Below, one piece after another: positions 38,732 through 41,883 of a stretch of DNA of 41,883 nucleotides (positions are counted from its first letter, which is position 1; every line of letters starts with the position of its first letter). The stretch lies in the IMG/VR virus record IMGVR_UViG_3300045988_090545. The stretch is one strand, 5' to 3'. Source of the stretch: a virus. The notes under the pieces were generated by a model. That model had not been told where the DNA came from, made no database searches, and saw only the letters and a program-made list of their open reading frames with translations. The position numbers and the translations under genes are program-made.

Positions 38732-40329
38732 TATGCGCTCGTACCTCGCTTGTTGCAGAATCTTTCAAGAGCATATCTCGTTGCATCTATCAAATGGTTA
38801 TTCTCATCGGGATAACCGCTGATTATTTCTCCGTCCTTGTCGCGCTCATATTCATATTCCGTAAATTCCTTGTATGCATTCGGAGTCCTTCGTGGGTCAA
38901 TTACAATTTTGCGCCCTTGCAGCCACTTCATGCCGTATTCCACAGATCCAGCTCCTTTGATTGCATTCTTGGCGGGGAGACCGGCATCTTTGTAATCGTT
39001 TGTAGATTTTTTCTCTGCAGAATCACAAGTGATTGCATAATCATTGTACCCTTTGTCAATGATCCACTTTGCATTGTCCGCATTCGTGGTCTTATTGACA
39101 TAATGCTCATCTATCATGTATATGCATTCCTGTGCTGGATTGTATGCCAGACGAATGAACGCTGCCGGATCCGGGAACCATCCCCAGTCCTGTCCCTGAT
39201 AGATTCTATCAAACGTGCGAATCTCTTCGTCTGTGATCTCACGGATGTAAAGATATTCAAACACGTTACCACCGTTGCCGTTAGCAATTCCCATGTATTC
39301 ATGATCGTATGCATCCGGGTTTACCTCTTTTAGATGCTCCGCTTCGTCAATAAATGGCTGTCCCAACCATTCCGGGGGCACATCCAAATAGGTGGAGTGA
39401 TGCACGACCATGTTATCTTTGGGTTCTAAGACATATTTATTCGCCCAGTTATTCGCGGGCTTTGGCGGATTGAATGACTTAAATATCCACGCTTTGTCAC
39501 CGCCACGGATGGCAGACTGGGTGATGTTACGGATTTCTTCTGGCCCTGCGAACTGATCAAGTTCCTCGAACCACAGGATAGCAATATATCCAAACTCCGG
39601 GGAGATAGACTTGATCTTCTCCGGCTCGTCCGCACCACGGAAGTATATCTTCTGGCCAGTGGCTTTAAGAGTGATCTCCAGTGGTGACTTGTGTGCATCA
39701 AATTCCTCGGTGAATCCTTGCTTACCAATCGCCCACTTGATCTTACTGTATACGGAATCTTTCAGAGTGTTACCAACCTTACGGCATACCACAGCATGGA
39801 CATCATGGTTGTTCCGCATCAGCTCAATAATGATCTGCGCAATGTCAGAGGACTTTGTTCCACCTCTCCCACCCTTGAACACATATTCCTGGTGCTTCTC
39901 GTTGCGGATGTCACGGATCACCGCGTGAAAGTTGTCGGGTATCATGTCAAGGTCTAAATGGTAATGCTGATTAAGTTTTGCAATGCGCTCTGCTTCTGCC
40001 TTGGCTTCCTTGTCTTCCTGCTCCTTGATAAGAGCAGAGATGGCATTAAATGCCTTGCTGTCACCCCTTATGGCTGATTGCATCTGTCCCGCCATCATTG
40101 CGGATGCTATAGTGAGGTCATCGTCTTCCGACAAACCAAACTGCCGCTTTACCTTGTCTTTTACGGCACCTTGAAGCTGTGCATTGACCATCATCGTTGC
40201 AAGAGCAGACATGGTCTTTTTCTGTCTTTTTGCTTGCCCTGAAGCAATTCCGCCCTTTCTTCCATTCTCCGCGGCTTTTTCTCGGCTTTGTTCGCTTGTA
40301 AATGGAGTTAGGTTCTGCTCTCGCGTCAA
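38731..40329 (-). CDS. terL: Terminase large subunit (PBSX/Terminase_3-like) with ~110-aa TerS-like N-terminal extension
   Basis: Walker A FKGGRGGTKSS and a C-terminal nuclease region. The N-terminal LTPFTSEQSREKAAENGRKGGIASGQAKR.. resembles small-terminase N-termini. TTG start follows GGGGTGAG. Confidence 0.85.
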   Translation of the reverse strand: MTREQNLTPFTSEQSREKAAENGRKGGIASGQAKRQKKTMSALATMMVNAQLQGAVKDKVKRQFGLSEDDDLTIASAMMAGQMQSAIRGDSKAFNAISALIKEQEDKEAKAEAERIAKLNQHYHLDLDMIPDNFHAVIRDIRNEKHQEYVFKGGRGGTKSSDIAQIIIELMRNNHDVHAVVCRKVGNTLKDSVYSKIKWAIGKQGFTEEFDAHKSPLEITLKATGQKIYFRGADEPEKIKSISPEFGYIAILWFEELDQFAGPEEIRNITQSAIRGGDKAWIFKSFNPPKPANNWANKYVLEPKDNMVVHHSTYLDVPPEWLGQPFIDEAEHLKEVNPDAYDHEYMGIANGNGGNVFEYLYIREITDEEIRTFDRIYQGQDWGWFPDPAAFIRLAYNPAQECIYMIDEHYVNKTTNADNAKWIIDKGYNDYAITCDSAEKKSTNDYKDAGLPAKNAIKGAGSVEYGMKWLQGRKIVIDPRRTPNAYKEFTEYEYERDKDGEIISGYPDENNHLIDATRYALERFCNKRGTSA

Positions 40330-40345
40330 TAGTTACTCACCCCTT

Positions 40346-41485
40346 TTATTCATTCAATAACACAGCTTTCTTTCCTGTAAAATCTTCCCAACGCTTTATT
40401 ATTACATCAACATACTTAGGATCATATTCCATCATATAACAGATTCTGTTTAATTGTTCGCAAGCTATAAGTGTTGATCCAGATCCACCAAACAAATCAA
40501 GTACAATATCTCTTTTGTTTGTTGTATTTCTTATAGCTAATTCTGATAATTTAACTGGCTTCTGCGTAGGATGTACATAACTGTTTGCAGAATCTTTATC
40601 AATAGCCCAAACAGATCCAATTCTTTTCCCTGTGATTTCTTTTCCGTTTGAAGCGCACAATATTACTTCATAATCTGTTGCAAATGTATGTTTCAAATCT
40701 CCTATTCCGCCTCCGCCTTTATCCCAAATAATCATATTTGTAAGGTCGAAATATCGCTTAAACAATGGAATCCATTTATCCAGTACTTTCCATGTTGTAC
40801 AGATAAATACAAAACCATTGCAAAACATTTTTACATTCGGAAAAAAGTCTAAGATTTTATCGTCATTTTCTATTACATCAAATTTTTCACTTTTTTCTCT
40901 CATGTTTGATTGATAGTTATATCCATAAGGAGGATCAGTAAACACAATATTTGCTACTTGCCCCCCCATAAGATTCTTCACATCATCAACGCTTGTGCTG
41001 TCTCCGCACATCAACCTATGATTTCCAAGCTGATAAATATCTCCATACTTTGCTTTTGGTTCATCAGGAATCTCTGCAGTAAAGTTATCCTCTTGTGCAT
41101 CTTCTATGTCTGAATCATCTTCAATATCTAAAAACCCAAAATCAGACATATCAATATCGATAATGCCATTCAACTCTTCTGCCAAAAGGTCAATATCCCA
41201 CTCGGAATCCTCACTTACCTTGTTGTCTGCCAGTCGGTATGCTTTTATCTGCTCATCCGTCAGATCATCAGCCACCACACACGGAATAGATGCAAGGTGT
41301 AGCTTCTGCGCTGCCTTGTACCGAGTATGCCCGCAGACGATGACATTGTCCTTATCTATCACCACAGGCACACGGAATCCAAACTGGTCAATACTCTGCG
41401 CAACTTTATCCACGGATTTATCATTCTTCCGTGGGTTCTTCTCATATGGAATTAATTCTTTGATATTCTTTTCGATAATCTGCAT
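40346..41485 (-). CDS. ParB-like nuclease domain fused to N6-adenine/N4-cytosine DNA methyltransferase
   Basis: N-terminal LIPYEKNPRKND..GHTRYKAA (ParB/Srx). IVFTDPPY (motif IV) followed by VLDLFGGSGSTLIACEQLNR (motif I), the beta-class order. Confidence 0.9.
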   Translation of the reverse strand: MQIIEKNIKELIPYEKNPRKNDKSVDKVAQSIDQFGFRVPVVIDKDNVIVCGHTRYKAAQKLHLASIPCVVADDLTDEQIKAYRLADNKVSEDSEWDIDLLAEELNGIIDIDMSDFGFLDIEDDSDIEDAQEDNFTAEIPDEPKAKYGDIYQLGNHRLMCGDSTSVDDVKNLMGGQVANIVFTDPPYGYNYQSNMREKSEKFDVIENDDKILDFFPNVKMFCNGFVFICTTWKVLDKWIPLFKRYFDLTNMIIWDKGGGGIGDLKHTFATDYEVILCASNGKEITGKRIGSVWAIDKDSANSYVHPTQKPVKLSELAIRNTTNKRDIVLDLFGGSGSTLIACEQLNRICYMMEYDPKYVDVIIKRWEDFTGKKAVLLNE

Positions 41486-41517
41486 AAGCTACTCCATAAA
41501 CAATCTATTATACATCA

Positions 41518-41546
41518 ATTATATAACATACGTTATTACTTTTCAA
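41518..41546 (-). promoter_or_regulatory. Promoter TTGAAA-17-TATAAT upstream of the methylase-terminase operon
   Basis: On the minus strand, -35 at 41546-41541 and -10 at 41523-41518, about 30 nt upstream of the ATG at 41485. Confidence 0.55.
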
Positions 41547-41615
41547 CAACAACCGTTATTTTTCACTTGACAGCACATATTTAAAATAATAGTCGGAAGT
41601 TGCGCTGAAAACCTT

Positions 41616-41645
41616 TTGACATTATCCGACAAAAAGACCTATGAT
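41616..41645 (+). promoter_or_regulatory. Promoter TTGACA-18-TATGAT for the small plus-strand gene
   Basis: -35 at 41616-41621 and -10 at 41640-41645. Confidence 0.5.
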
Positions 41646-41684
41646 TTTATTGCAACAGATAACCGACCACCAAAGGAGAACAAT

Positions 41685-41861
41685 ATGGAAAAACAAAAAT
41701 TACTTGAGTATGCGCAGTATGGATGCGCTCAGAAAATGAATGACTATCGGATTCTAGCAGAAAAGGCAGGATCCGCAATAAAAGCCGACACAGCTTACAC
41801 GCTCTATCAGCAAGCGCAGGAGGACTGCCAGGAGATTAACAGAATGATTGCAGAAAAATAG
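41685..41861 (+). CDS. Small hypothetical helical protein
   Basis: 58 aa from the ATG at 41685, with RBS AAAGGAG. Ends at the duplicated terminator hairpin. Its 3' end is repeated at 1-33 because of the contig overlap. Confidence 0.6.
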   Translation: MEKQKLLEYAQYGCAQKMNDYRILAEKAGSAIKADTAYTLYQQAQEDCQEINRMIAEK

Positions 41862-41883
41862 GGAGAGTGTTATGCTCTCCCTT
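41829..41883. repeat. Terminal overlap (identical to 1-55)
   Basis: Direct comparison of both ends. Confidence 0.95.

Overview
This window is a complete temperate siphovirus-type phage genome from a low-GC Firmicutes/Clostridia-like host. Bases 1-55 are identical to 41829-41883, so the contig closes into a circle of 41,828 unique bp. Almost everything is on the minus strand.

Reading leftward from 41.5 kb:
- ParB-domain DNA methyltransferase, TerL, SPP1-like portal and MuF/gp7-like head morphogenesis protein.
- An unusual 3.4-kb accessory insert followed by a tRNA-like gene.
- Scaffold, major capsid and head-tail joining genes, with a Hol118-like holin embedded among them.
- Major tail protein, chaperones, tape measure, Dit/Tal-like proteins and tail fibre.
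- NlpC/P60 endolysin.

The plus-strand lysogeny block (17.1-19.5 kb) holds a CI-like repressor, a zinc-ribbon membrane protein and a large serine integrase. It faces a Cro-like gene and a long minus-strand early operon. That operon contains a nonapeptide-repeat protein, a Rad52-like annealing protein, a NinB-like protein, a DUF4373-type replisome organiser, a GIY-YIG nuclease, DUF551, YopX, a C5-methyltransferase, an array of about 10 tiny genes and a second (tyrosine) recombinase.

An IS1182-family element (56-1710) has inserted into a terminator hairpin.

Most interesting observations:
- A start-less alternative tail-fibre tip lies tail-to-tail with the expressed tip and is bounded by in-frame inverted repeats, a candidate invertible host-range switch.
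- A conserved start-associated element precedes seven consecutive mini-genes.
- A compositionally extreme operon sits between the MuF and scaffold genes (Q/N-rich, Gly/Cys-rich, BclA/C1q-like).
- The lysis-lysogeny switch has face-to-face consensus promoters with five operator copies.
- The holin is displaced from the endolysin.
- The tRNA-like gene has a non-canonical anticodon loop.

All family assignments come from motif recognition by eye. No database search was run.
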